From contig JAQUPP010000001.1 in assembly GCA_028716665.1 (NCBI GenBank), positions 477,046-541,045 of the forward strand: DNA of 64,000 bases, given 5' to 3'. This stretch comes from Patescibacteria group bacterium (GTDB taxonomy: Bacteria; Patescibacteriota; Patescibacteriia; UBA2591; JAQUPP01). The notes beneath the pieces are model-generated. The model was not told the DNA's origin, did not search any database, and saw only the letters and a program-made list of their open reading frames with translations. The translations under genes and the position numbers were made by a program. Shown here piece by piece: positions 54,725 to 64,000 of this stretch; position 1 is the stretch's first letter; every line of letters starts with the position of its first letter.

Positions 54725-56494
54725 TTATTTTTTATCTTTTATTTCTTTCAGCACTTTATCAATAAATTTCTTTTTTGCCATATTTTTAACCACATTGCCG
54801 CGCATTCTGACATTGAGTTTTTTGCTTTTTATTTCTTTGTCCCCGATAATCAAGATATAAGGAATTTTTTGTTTTTCCGCCTTGCGGACTTTATAGCCGA
54901 TAGTTTCATTTGAATCATCAAACAAAACACTGATGCCGGATGATTCCAGCTCTTTGGCTATTTTTTGGCTCGCTTTAAAATGGTTTTTACCGATAGGAGT
55001 GATATAAACTTGAACAGGGGAAAGCCAGACGGGTAAAGCGCCGGCGAAATGTTCCAGTAAAATACCCATAAATCTTTCAAAAGAACCCATAATCGTGCGA
55101 TGAATCATTACCGGAGTTTTTTCTTTTCCGTCTTTATCAATATATTTGCAATTAAATTTCAAAGGCATTTGAAAATCCAATTGAATTGTCGCGCATTGCC
55201 AAGTTCTTCCCAAACTGTCTTTCAATTGAAAATCAATTTTTGGTCCGTAAAAAGCGCCGTCTTTTTCTTTAAGTCCGTAATCATCGCCGTAGACATCTTT
55301 TAAAATTATTTTAAGAGATTTTTCCGCTTTGTCCCAAACTTTAATATCACCCATAAAATCGTCAGGTCTGGTTGACAGATAGGCTTTATATTCCAAACCA
55401 AACGGCTGATATATTTTTTTAACTAATTTGATCACATCTTTTATTTCAGATTCAATTTGATCTTCGGTGATAAACATGTGCGCGTCATCTTGAACGAATT
55501 GTTGGACTCTGAATAAGCCGGCTAATTGTCCTGATTTTTCTTTGCGGGTAATCAATCCCGGTTCGGCGTAACGAATAGGCAAGTCGCGATAAGATTTTAA
55601 AGAATTGTTATAAATTAAAATCGCGCCCGGACAATCCATTGGCCGCAAAGCGAAAGTTTTATTTTCGTCAGCCTTAATAAAGTACATATCATCTTTATAA
55701 TGATCCCAATGACCGGATTGTTTCCAAATGGAAACATCAAGCATTGAAGGGCAAATGACGATGTCATACTTAAATTCTTTCTGCGCTTCCAGCCAAAAAT
55801 TCTTTAATTTGTTGTAAATAATGGCGCCCTTGGGATGGAAAAACGGCATGCCAGGCGCTTCATCATGCATTGAAAATAGATCCAATTCTTTGCCTAATTT
55901 TCGATGATCTCTTCTTTCCGCTTCTTCTTGAAGTTTCAGATAATCGCTTAATTCTTGCTGATTTTCAAAAGCCACCCCGTAAACGCGCTGAAGCATTTTA
56001 TTTTTTTCGTCGCCACGCCAATAAGCACCGGCGATTTTAGTTAATTTAAAAGCGCCTAAACTTTGAGTTGAACTGATATGAGGACCACGGCATAAATCAA
56101 CAAAATTACCAAGCGTATAAATACTGACTTTATTATTGGAAGGTTCTTTTATTTCAGTTTGTTTGTTAACATCAGTGGTCCCGAATTTTTTAATATCATT
56201 TAATAATTCTATCTTATATGGCTGATCAGTTTTTTGAAACAAGGCGATGGCTTCATTAATATCAATTTCCTGACAGACAAACTTTATATTTTTTTTAAGA
56301 ATTTGTCTGGCCACTTTGTCTATTTTCGGAAGATCTTCCGGAGTGAGAGAACGAGGCAAATCAAAGTCATAATAAAAGCCGTTCTCCACGGTCGGTCCAA
56401 CGCCGAATTTGGCATTGGGAAATAATTCCAAAATTGCCGCCGCAATTAAATGCGCGGTAGAATGACGGATAATTTCTATTTTATTTTCTGTCAT
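54725..56494 (-). CDS. thrS: Threonine--tRNA ligase (lacks the N-terminal TGS domain)
   Basis: An editing domain with HSTAHL, a class II catalytic core and an anticodon-binding domain. Confidence 0.9.
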   Translation of the reverse strand: MTENKIEIIRHSTAHLIAAAILELFPNAKFGVGPTVENGFYYDFDLPRSLTPEDLPKIDKVARQILKKNIKFVCQEIDINEAIALFQKTDQPYKIELLNDIKKFGTTDVNKQTEIKEPSNNKVSIYTLGNFVDLCRGPHISSTQSLGAFKLTKIAGAYWRGDEKNKMLQRVYGVAFENQQELSDYLKLQEEAERRDHRKLGKELDLFSMHDEAPGMPFFHPKGAIIYNKLKNFWLEAQKEFKYDIVICPSMLDVSIWKQSGHWDHYKDDMYFIKADENKTFALRPMDCPGAILIYNNSLKSYRDLPIRYAEPGLITRKEKSGQLAGLFRVQQFVQDDAHMFITEDQIESEIKDVIKLVKKIYQPFGLEYKAYLSTRPDDFMGDIKVWDKAEKSLKIILKDVYGDDYGLKEKDGAFYGPKIDFQLKDSLGRTWQCATIQLDFQMPLKFNCKYIDKDGKEKTPVMIHRTIMGSFERFMGILLEHFAGALPVWLSPVQVYITPIGKNHFKASQKIAKELESSGISVLFDDSNETIGYKVRKAEKQKIPYILIIGDKEIKSKKLNVRMRGNVVKNMAKKKFIDKVLKEIKDKK

Positions 56495-56601
56495 AATGTT
56501 AATTTTTTTAGGCGAGGGTTATATCGCGAGAAAAGCGTTTCGCAGGCCGAAGCGGTCCGCCAGCTGGCGGAGTCTTTTTGAGCGATTGTGACCCGAGCCC
56601 G

Positions 56602-57744
56602 TTACTTGATAATTTTTATATTAATTTTATCCAGAGAAGTCGGCGCTTTTTTTAAGAAGGGCGGCCAAAATTTTACTTGGACTTTTTTGATTAAAATGTC
56701 GCCGTCTTTCAAAGAAGAAAAATAATTTTTAATTTCAGTGGAATTTAATCCTCTAAGATGATTTTTTTCCAAGATTTGATTTTCCGAATTAATAACCATG
56801 GATCCGCGCATTTGGATTTGGATATCAGCGGTTTGTTTATTTGTGTCGTAATTAAGCAAACGATAAGACAAACTGGCCGGTTCATAAGATAAAAATTCTT
56901 TTCCTTGAGGAATTTTTTTCTTTAAAGCATTTAAAGCAATATCTAAAACTTTTTTTTCATCAAAAGCCGCTGCGCCTATTTTAATTTTTTCAGAAACAGT
57001 AAATTCGGTTTTTTCTTCATTGGGTTTGGCATCGCAAGATTCTTGCAAAACAGTTGACTTGGTGACAATTTTAAAATCAGATTGAGGAACTTGATTCTCT
57101 ATTTCGATCATTCCTTTCTTGGAAAGTTTATCGCTCAAATCTTGTTTTAAGTCATCAATATCAGAGGCCATTATTATGCCGGCTTTTTTCAGACCGCCGG
57201 TCATCGCTTTTTCGCTTACAACTGATATTTTTTTTATCAGATCAGCGCTTTTTAAATTAGGGACAGTAAACGTGGATGGCCCGATTTCATAAGCCGCGCC
57301 CATTTTATCCGCCCGTACCATGGCTTTCATTTTGCCTTTGGCGGGAATTGAAGTTTGTTTTTCCAATCTAAAAACCAGGCCGTCAGGAGACAAGAAGCGG
57401 GTTGTGGCAATAAAATTTACTGACGAAGCAGTATTATTGGTAATAATCACTTCTCCTTCGGCAAAATCTTCGGCCGAGACCGTAGATTTAGGTTGGCCTT
57501 TTTCTTCTGATTCCTGGGTATTTTCCAGAATGGTCGCCTGAATAGAATCTGAATTAGAAGAAACAGCAGATTGAGCTTTTAAAGTCATATCAAGATCAAT
57601 TTCCTCGGGTTCTGGCGTAAGGGTGATTGTGACTCCATACGAAGCGACAAATAATCCCCAAATTAAACCAATAATCATTAAGGCTACCAAAATGAAAAAT
57701 ATGTAGCTGATTTTTTGATGAGGAGAAATGAAAATTGTTGGCAT
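56602..57744 (-). CDS. Hypothetical membrane-anchored exported protein (380 aa)
   Basis: An N-terminal TM helix and a Lys/Ser/Thr-rich ectodomain. No recognisable family. Confidence 0.5.
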   Translation of the reverse strand: MPTIFISPHQKISYIFFILVALMIIGLIWGLFVASYGVTITLTPEPEEIDLDMTLKAQSAVSSNSDSIQATILENTQESEEKGQPKSTVSAEDFAEGEVIITNNTASSVNFIATTRFLSPDGLVFRLEKQTSIPAKGKMKAMVRADKMGAAYEIGPSTFTVPNLKSADLIKKISVVSEKAMTGGLKKAGIIMASDIDDLKQDLSDKLSKKGMIEIENQVPQSDFKIVTKSTVLQESCDAKPNEEKTEFTVSEKIKIGAAAFDEKKVLDIALNALKKKIPQGKEFLSYEPASLSYRLLNYDTNKQTADIQIQMRGSMVINSENQILEKNHLRGLNSTEIKNYFSSLKDGDILIKKVQVKFWPPFLKKAPTSLDKINIKIIK

Positions 57745-57897
57745 ACTAAAATTATTTAAAAATTAAGTTTGAGCTCTGCGAAAACGCAAAATTTTTAACT
57801 ATAATTTTGTGTACCCGCCCAGATTTTTGGATATTTAATTATTATTTTTTAAGATAACTTGATTTTTTTAATAATCCAAAAACTTGGGCGGGTGAAT

Positions 57898-57933
57898 GTT
57901 TTGTTGTTCCGACTTAACGTCCGGAGACAAAAC
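57898..57933. repeat. Hairpin element (GTTTTGT-TTCCGAC-ttaac-GTCCGGAG-ACAAAAC), an inverted copy of 61681-61717
   Basis: The reverse complement matches agttttgtctccggacgttaagtcgga(g/a)c(t/a)acaaaac at 61681. Confidence 0.6.
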
Positions 57934-57953
57934 TATTCATATTATACCATTTT

Positions 57954-60900
57954 TTACGATTTAAGCAACAACTCGTCCAATTTATGTTTGTTTATTTCTT
58001 TTACTTCTTCAGCGATTAATTTAGGCACTCCGTCTTTATCTGAAACGCGGCCGGTAACGGAAACTATTTTATTTTCTTGCCATAGGTTGGGATTTTCTTT
58101 GTATAGGTTGGGGAAAACAATAACTTCTATATCGCCGGTATGATCTTCCATCTTTACGAAAAGCATCATTTCTTTCTTCGCCGTAATGATTTTTTTAATT
58201 TTACCAACCAAACCGATAATTTTAACGCTTGAATTATTACTTATTTTCCCAATCGGAATTGAATATTTTTTTAAAATTTCGCTGTATTCCTGTAAGGGAT
58301 GCTCGGAAATGAATAATCCCAACAATTCTCTTTCCCAAAGAAGTTTTTGCTGATGTTCGGTGGGCGGCACAGTTTGAAGTTTTAAACCCATTGTTTGTCC
58401 GACTGATGTTGCCCCGAATAAATTTGATTGGCCGTTTTCTTTGTCTTTTTGATTTTGCTTGGCGAATTCCAATATATTTTCCACATTGCCAAGAAGTTGT
58501 CCGCGTTCGCCGAAATAATCCATGGCTCCGCTTTTTATCAAACTTTCTATGGATTTTTTATTCAGATCTTTTGTTTGGACGCGATTTAGAAAGTCTTCCA
58601 AGTTTTGATAGGCGCCGTTTTCTTGAAGTTGTTCAATAATTGTTCTCACTATTCCGGTGCCGATATTTTTAACCGCCAAAAGTCCGAATCTGATTTTATT
58701 TTTATCAGTAACCGTAAAATTTTCAAAACTTTCATTGACATCAGGCGGCAGAATTTCAATTTTCATTTTTTTGGCATCTTCCACCAGAATGGAAATTCTA
58801 TCAGTGTCGTTTTGATCAGAGGTAAGCAAGGCAGCCATAAATTCAGTGGGGTAATTGGCTTTTAAATAAGCGGTTTGATAAGCAATAACGGCATAACAAG
58901 TAGCGTGAGCCAAATTAAAACCATATCCGGCAAAAGGTTCTATAAAAGCGAAAATATTTTCCGCTGTTTCTTTGGGAATTTTATTTTTTACGCATCCGCT
59001 GACAAATTTTTCTTTTTGTTCTTTAAGCAAGGCGGGAATTTTTTTACCAACCGCTTTTCTTAAAACATCAGCTTCTGATAAAGTAAAACCGGCTAAGTCG
59101 CGGGCGATTTGCAATAATTGTTCCTGATATACGGCTACGCCATAAGTTTTTGCCAAAATAGGTTCCAGTTTCGGATGCAAATAAGAAATGGTTTTCAGAC
59201 CGTGTTTTCCGGCAATATAATCTGGGATAAGCTCCATTGGTCCGGGGCGGTACAGGGCCACCATGGCAATAATATCTCTTAAATCAGTCGGTTTTAATTG
59301 TTTTAAATAACGTCGCATTCCGTCACTTTCTAATTGAAAGACGCCGGTACATTCTCCTTTTTTTAATAAAGAAAATGTTTTTTTGTCATCAACGGGAATT
59401 TTATTAATATCAATTTCTTTTTGTTGTGTTTTTTTGATAATTTTAAGCGCAGTTTCAACGACAGTTAAATTTTTTAGACCCAAAAAATCAATTTTTAACA
59501 ATCCAAGATTTTCAATGGCATGCATTTCATATTGAGAAATAACCGTTTTTTCATCACCGGAAATATCATATTGAACTGGAAGATAATGATCTAATGGTTT
59601 TTGTGTGACTACAACGCCGCAGGCATGTTTTGAAGCATGGCGGCAGACGCCTTCCAATTTTATGGCAATGTCAATAATTTTTTTGGCGTCAGCATTGCTG
59701 CTGTAAAAAGATTTTAAATCACTGGCTTTATCCAAGGCATCTTTAAGATTGGTTCCAAAAGGAATCATTTTTGCCAATTGATCGCAGAAAGAATAGGGAA
59801 TATCCAAAACTCGGCCCACATCTCTGATTCCGGCTCGGGCAGCTATGGTTCCAAAAGTAATAATTTGGGCAACATGATCGTGTCCGTATTTTTGTTCAAC
59901 ATAATTAATAACTTCATCGCGTCGCGTATCAGCGAAATCCAAATCAATATCAGGCATGACAATACGATCAGGATTAAGGAAACGCTCAAAAATAAGTTCA
60001 TATTTTATGGGATCAATATCAGTGATGTTTAAAATATAAGAAATAATTGAACCGGGCGCGCTGCCTCGTCCGGGACCGACGATTATTTTATTTTCTTTGG
60101 CCCAATTGACGAAATCTTGAACGATTAAAAAGTAAGAAGCAAAGCCGGTTTTTTCAATAACAGAAAGTTCGTAATTGAATCTTTCCAAAATACTTTTATC
60201 AGGATTCGGATAATGGTGATCCATTCTTTCTTGACATAATTTTTCCAAATATTGATTGGCGGTTTGTCCTTCAGGAATAGGGAAATGGGGGAGCTGGACT
60301 TTTCCGAGTTCAATTTCCACATTGCACGCTTGGACGATTTTTTCGGTATTTTCTACGGCTCCGGGATAATCTTTAAAATCTTCAATCATTTTTTCCGGCG
60401 AACGAAAAGAAAAATCATCGAAAAGCATAGACATCCGATTTTGGTCGGTTTTTTTCTTCTTGGTTTGAATACAAAGCAAAATATCTTGAATTTCCGCGTC
60501 TTCTGATTTCACATAATGCACGTCATTTGTCGCTACCAATGGGACGTCGTATTTTTGCGATAATTTCAAAAGAGTTTTATTGACTTTTTCCTGTTCCGGA
60601 CTATTGGGATGACATTGAACCTCTAAATAAAAATCTCCCGGCGCGAAAATTTCTTTGTATTTTAAAATAATTTGCTCAGCTTTTTCCAGCTGATTGTTAA
60701 GAATTGATTGAGGAATTTCTCCTTGAAGACAAGCAGTCAGGGCAATAAGTCCGGACGAATGTTTAATCAGTGTTTCATGGTCAATTCTCGGTTTATAATA
60801 AAAGCCCTCCAAGTGGGCAATGGTTGTTAGCTTGATTAAATTTTTATATCCTTCCTGATTTTTTGCCAAGAGAACCAAATGATATGGTTTTTCGTCTATT

Positions 60901-61136
60901 CTTGATTTTTTATCCAATCGGCTGTGCGGGGCAACATAAGCTTCTACACCGATAATCGGTTTAAGTCCGGCTTTTTTCGCTTTTTGATAAAATTCAATCA
61001 CGCCGTACATTACGCCGTGATCGGTTAGTGCCAAAGCGGTCATCTCATATTTTTTCGCTTCGGCGATCAGATCATCAATTTTCGGCAAACCGTCCAAAAG
61101 CGAATAATGGCTATGAATGTGCAAATGAGAAAACAT
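57954..61136 (-). CDS. dnaE: DNA polymerase III alpha subunit
   Basis: N-terminal PHP domain (HLHIHSHYSLLDG), polymerase core, HhH and OB domains. Confidence 0.9.
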   Translation of the reverse strand: MFSHLHIHSHYSLLDGLPKIDDLIAEAKKYEMTALALTDHGVMYGVIEFYQKAKKAGLKPIIGVEAYVAPHSRLDKKSRIDEKPYHLVLLAKNQEGYKNLIKLTTIAHLEGFYYKPRIDHETLIKHSSGLIALTACLQGEIPQSILNNQLEKAEQIILKYKEIFAPGDFYLEVQCHPNSPEQEKVNKTLLKLSQKYDVPLVATNDVHYVKSEDAEIQDILLCIQTKKKKTDQNRMSMLFDDFSFRSPEKMIEDFKDYPGAVENTEKIVQACNVEIELGKVQLPHFPIPEGQTANQYLEKLCQERMDHHYPNPDKSILERFNYELSVIEKTGFASYFLIVQDFVNWAKENKIIVGPGRGSAPGSIISYILNITDIDPIKYELIFERFLNPDRIVMPDIDLDFADTRRDEVINYVEQKYGHDHVAQIITFGTIAARAGIRDVGRVLDIPYSFCDQLAKMIPFGTNLKDALDKASDLKSFYSSNADAKKIIDIAIKLEGVCRHASKHACGVVVTQKPLDHYLPVQYDISGDEKTVISQYEMHAIENLGLLKIDFLGLKNLTVVETALKIIKKTQQKEIDINKIPVDDKKTFSLLKKGECTGVFQLESDGMRRYLKQLKPTDLRDIIAMVALYRPGPMELIPDYIAGKHGLKTISYLHPKLEPILAKTYGVAVYQEQLLQIARDLAGFTLSEADVLRKAVGKKIPALLKEQKEKFVSGCVKNKIPKETAENIFAFIEPFAGYGFNLAHATCYAVIAYQTAYLKANYPTEFMAALLTSDQNDTDRISILVEDAKKMKIEILPPDVNESFENFTVTDKNKIRFGLLAVKNIGTGIVRTIIEQLQENGAYQNLEDFLNRVQTKDLNKKSIESLIKSGAMDYFGERGQLLGNVENILEFAKQNQKDKENGQSNLFGATSVGQTMGLKLQTVPPTEHQQKLLWERELLGLFISEHPLQEYSEILKKYSIPIGKISNNSSVKIIGLVGKIKKIITAKKEMMLFVKMEDHTGDIEVIVFPNLYKENPNLWQENKIVSVTGRVSDKDGVPKLIAEEVKEINKHKLDELLLKS

Positions 61137-61202
61137 ATTTTTTATAGTTTATATAGTTTTTAGTTGATAGTTATGGTTATTCAGTTATTAGTTAAAAACC
61201 AA

Positions 61203-61244
61203 CTCCGACGTTTCGGTCGGAGCTCCGACCCATTGGCGTCGGAG
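61203..61244. repeat. Tandem pair of hairpins with an identical CTCCGAC/GTCGGAG stem
   Basis: CTCCGAC-gtttcg-GTCGGAG immediately followed by CTCCGAC-ccattggc-GTCGGAG. Confidence 0.6.
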
Positions 61245-61254
61245 AAACCAAAAA

Positions 61255-61551
61255 CTATTTTTTATTTTCGTTATTTTCGTTATTTTCTTTTTCTTCTTTT
61301 TTTGCTTTAACAAAAGAGAATATTTCTTTTAAGCCTTGAGTAACCAAGCCCATAAAAGCGAGGGAGGTTACTTTCTCTTTTATTTTATCCATGGTATCTT
61401 CGGCTTTTTTGGAAACATTTAAAAATCGGCCGGCGGCTTTAGCGATTCTTATAGCAATAACCACGGCGATAATGCCCAAGAGAATATAAAAAAAAGCTAT
61501 AAAAATAACAGCGACGCTGGTGGTGATATAGAAAAGATTTTGACTGGCCAT
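61255..61551 (-). CDS. Small membrane protein (N-terminal TM, amphipathic/charged C-terminus with ENNENNENK)
   Basis: 98-aa ORF. The 3' end contains a 9-bp x3 tandem repeat (cgttatttt). Confidence 0.5.
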   Translation of the reverse strand: MASQNLFYITTSVAVIFIAFFYILLGIIAVVIAIRIAKAAGRFLNVSKKAEDTMDKIKEKVTSLAFMGLVTQGLKEIFSFVKAKKEEKENNENNENKK

Positions 61552-61680
61552 ATGATTTTTTTTGATTATTATTTTATTAAAATAAACATTATTTGACCTG
61601 TCTTAATTTTAGTCCTTAAATAGAAATTTTGCAATACCCATTGCCATATTTTAGCATATTTGTTAAAATAATTATAAAGA

Positions 61681-61845
61681 GTTTTGTCTCCGGACGTTAA
61701 GTCGGAGCTACAAAACCTTTACCCCCTCCTTTATCCCAACAATAAACTTTTGATAATCATTAGGGTAAAAGGCGAAGCCGCTTCGCTTACATAAGATTAT
61801 AAATCAATAGACCTTCGATGGAGTAAAGGAGGGGGTACTCAAAAT
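61681..61845. repeat. Structured intergenic repeat element, copy B (AGTTTTGT-CTCCGGAC-gtta-AGTCGGAG-ct-ACAAAAC, then a 13-bp CCCCCTCCTTT/AAAGGAGGGGG stem)
   Basis: It shares arms and stem sequences with copy A at 30763-30945. Both lie upstream of SD-less genes with the start context aaaaaattt(t)ggtATG. Confidence 0.6.
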
Positions 61846-61895
61846 TTTAGTAAAAATTTATTCAACTTCGTCTCTAAATTTTAAAAAATTTTGGT

Positions 61896-62750
61896 ATGGG
61901 AGAAAATATTATTTTCAAACAACTTAGGGCCGCTCAATGGTTGCTGGCGCACAAAAAAGATATCCGCAAAGCCAAGGTGATTTTTCTAATTATTTTGAAC
62001 GCGGTTTTTTGGGGGATTGCCATTTGGCAGGGTATAATATATTTTACTTTAACCAAGAGCCATCAAGAAATGTTAGTGGAATTGACCAAAGAAAGAATTG
62101 ATTGGACCAGTATGCATGAGCATTTCAAACCGCAAGACATCGTGATCAGTAATGAAACCGCTATTTTGACTTTGGCCAATGGACAGGAGTCGCAATATGA
62201 TTTTGTGGTTCAAGCGCAAAATTTAAATGAAAAATGGATGATGTCTTCCATTGAATATTATTTTACTTTTAATGGCGGCCAAACGCTTGTGAAAAAAAGT
62301 TTTATTCTTCCTGATGAAAAAAAATATCTTTTTATTTTGGGTCAAAAAAATGCCTCTTCAGAAGATGTTAATTTTCAAATTTCAAAAATCAATTGGCAAA
62401 GAATTCGCCATCCTCGTGAAGCCAATTTGGAGATTTTATCAAAACTGATTATTCATGATCCTCAATTAAATTTAGTTATGACTTCTCAGGGTGTTGAATT
62501 CCCTCAAATTTCATTTACCGCCGAAAATCAATCAGTTTATGATTTTTGGGAAATTAATTTTACAATTGCACTTTATCAAAATTCAAGAATTGTCGGCATC
62601 AATACTATTCCGCTCCAATATTTTAAAAATGAAGAAAAGAAAATTATAGAATTACCTTGGGGGAAAATTGCGCCGCAAGCAACCAGTGTCGATATCAGGC
62701 CGGAAGTCAATGTTTTGGATTTAAGTGTTTTTATGCCGCCTAGTTTTTAA
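61896..62750 (+). CDS. Hypothetical membrane-anchored protein (284 aa)
   Basis: N-terminal TM after a ~25-aa basic segment. No SD. Its 4-bp gap to the SEDS gene suggests an operon. Confidence 0.5.
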   Translation: MGENIIFKQLRAAQWLLAHKKDIRKAKVIFLIILNAVFWGIAIWQGIIYFTLTKSHQEMLVELTKERIDWTSMHEHFKPQDIVISNETAILTLANGQESQYDFVVQAQNLNEKWMMSSIEYYFTFNGGQTLVKKSFILPDEKKYLFILGQKNASSEDVNFQISKINWQRIRHPREANLEILSKLIIHDPQLNLVMTSQGVEFPQISFTAENQSVYDFWEINFTIALYQNSRIVGINTIPLQYFKNEEKKIIELPWGKIAPQATSVDIRPEVNVLDLSVFMPPSF

Positions 62751-62753
62751 ATT

Positions 62754-63863
62754 ATGTTGTTCAGTCGTTTCAAAAATTTTGACAGCACTTTATTTGTTTT
62801 AATGGTTCTTTTAATTATTATCGGTTTAAGTGTTCAATACAGCCTTTCGCTTTCACAAGTAAATTTTAAATCCAGTAATTTTGTCAAACAATCAATTTTT
62901 GCGGTTTTCGGGCTTGTTTTATTTTTTGTCATAGCTTCTCTGGATTTTCGTTTTATTAAAGCGATTAACTTGGTTTTTTATATTTTAGTCGTGTTGTTGC
63001 TTTTGGGCGTCTTGATATTCGGACAAGTTTCCCACGGAGTAAAAGGATGGTTTAACTTGGGCTTTTTTAATTTTCAGCCCATTGAGTTGGCAAAATTGGC
63101 AGCGCTTTTAGCTCTGGCTCAGTTTTGGGGTTTTAGTCGACAACCGATAAGAATTCTTCATATTATTGTCAGTTTTATTATAATTCTTCCGTTGTTATTT
63201 TTAATTATGCGTCAGCCGGATTTCGGTTCAGCGATGATGATAGTAATTTTATGGTTTGGGCTTCTTCTAATGATGGATAGAAACAAAAAGCATATTTTGG
63301 GATTATTATTAATAATAATTTTGATTGGCGCCTTGGGCTGGTCATTTTTTTTAAAAGATTATCAGCAAGATCGTATTTTAACTTATTTGAATCCGCAAAG
63401 CGATCAAGCGGGACGAGGTTATCAAATTACGCAATCGACCATTGCGGTTGGGTCCGGCCAGATTTTCGGCCGAGGATTCGGTCTTGGAACGCAAAGTCAG
63501 CTAAGATTTTTACCGGCCAGTGAGACGGATTTTATTTTCGCGGCATTAACCGAGGAATTCGGATTAATGGGTACTATTTTACTTTTGGGTTTTTATATCG
63601 CTCTTATTTCCCGTCTTGTTAAAATTGCCAAAAGCGCTTACGATAATTTCAGCCAAATTTTTGTTTTGGGAGCGGTAATTTATTTTTTCTCCCAAGCGAT
63701 CATAAATATAGGAATGAATGTCGGGTTATTTCCGATTGTCGGTATTCCACTGCCGTTTATCAGTTATGGCGGAAGTTCTTTATTGGTCAGTATGTTGATT
63801 TTGGCAATTATTGAAAGTATACTTTTATATCAGCCCTTTACCCACACACCAGAACAAAAATAA
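62754..63863 (+). CDS. SEDS-family peptidoglycan glycosyltransferase (FtsW/RodA)
   Basis: Ten-TM profile with ...GWFNLGFFNFQPIELAKLA... and ...LPASETDFIFAAL...GLMGT.... Confidence 0.8.
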   Translation: MLFSRFKNFDSTLFVLMVLLIIIGLSVQYSLSLSQVNFKSSNFVKQSIFAVFGLVLFFVIASLDFRFIKAINLVFYILVVLLLLGVLIFGQVSHGVKGWFNLGFFNFQPIELAKLAALLALAQFWGFSRQPIRILHIIVSFIIILPLLFLIMRQPDFGSAMMIVILWFGLLLMMDRNKKHILGLLLIIILIGALGWSFFLKDYQQDRILTYLNPQSDQAGRGYQITQSTIAVGSGQIFGRGFGLGTQSQLRFLPASETDFIFAALTEEFGLMGTILLLGFYIALISRLVKIAKSAYDNFSQIFVLGAVIYFFSQAIINIGMNVGLFPIVGIPLPFISYGGSSLLVSMLILAIIESILLYQPFTHTPEQK

Positions 63864-64000
63864 TGCTCGCCCCAGTATTTTTTTAAAATTATTTTTTAAT
63901 ATAGCAATAAGTAAATTAAGTATAATTTAATTTGGGGGCTCACATTAAAAAATACATTTTTGTTTGGTGGGGGGTTTACAAAAAAAGGGGAGGTGGTATA

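Noticed and set aside
56495-56601. Possible T-box riboswitch upstream of thrS, because GGCGGACCGC resembles the T-box core GGUGGNACCGCG
   Set aside because: The leader is only ~105 nt, there are no specifier-loop, stem I or AG-box elements, and the UGGN bulge needed to pair with tRNA NCCA is not present. It is kept only as a generic structured leader.
63956-64000. G-runs (GGGGGG, GGGGAGGTGG) at the window end as the start of a tmRNA or tRNA
   Set aside because: There is too little sequence. It does not match the tmRNA 5' consensus (GGGGNUG...UUCGACG) or a tRNA acceptor/D-arm.
1-64000. CRISPR arrays, rRNA genes, tRNA genes, and transposase or integrase genes
   Set aside because: I found no regularly spaced direct repeats with unique spacers, no rRNA-like conserved blocks, no tRNA T-loop/acceptor patterns and no recombinase-like ORFs. 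I could not run a formal tRNA scan.

Overview
This is a low-GC (about 35%), gene-dense bacterial window. Giant Cys-rich multi-domain surface proteins (2314 aa and 2978 aa), sparse metabolism and the overall gene repertoire point to a Candidate Phyla Radiation / Patescibacteria-like genome. Housekeeping genes present are rpsU–yqeY, a sigma-70 factor, greA, lysS, serS, alr, recJ, rnhA, RNase P RNA, gatB, miaA, miaB, thrS and dnaE. There is also a cell-shape/peptidoglycan block (mreC–mreD–PBP2–PIG-L deacetylase, plus a distant SEDS gene), a two-component system next to a Na/Pi–PhoU transporter, and a sugar-phosphotransferase. I called 47 CDS, one ncRNA (rnpB), several near-consensus sigma-70 promoters (three abutting start codons, suggesting leaderless mRNAs) and a set of rho-independent terminators.

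The most unusual observations are as follows.
- A roughly 26-bp GC-rich palindromic element with A/T-run flanks sits in frame inside three unrelated housekeeping genes (alr, miaA, miaB), in both orientations relative to the host gene, which is reminiscent of Rickettsia palindromic elements.
- Two copies of a structured intergenic element closed by a 13–14-bp CCCCCTCCTTT/AAAGGAGGGGG stem each sit upstream of a Shine-Dalgarno-less gene with an identical start context.
- A family of CTCCGAC/GTCGGAG hairpins with AGTTTTGT/ACAAAAC outer arms brackets dnaE in inverted orientation.
- Three secreted proteins flanking the mre/PBP2 block share a roughly 50-aa C-terminal module that I could not assign to a named family.
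- One of those proteins carries about six thrombospondin type-1-like Cys/Trp repeats, which are rare in bacteria.
- A duplicated roughly 30-bp block carries perfect TTGACA-N16/17-TATAAT promoters driving two small membrane proteins, and overlaps a divergent leaderless alr promoter.
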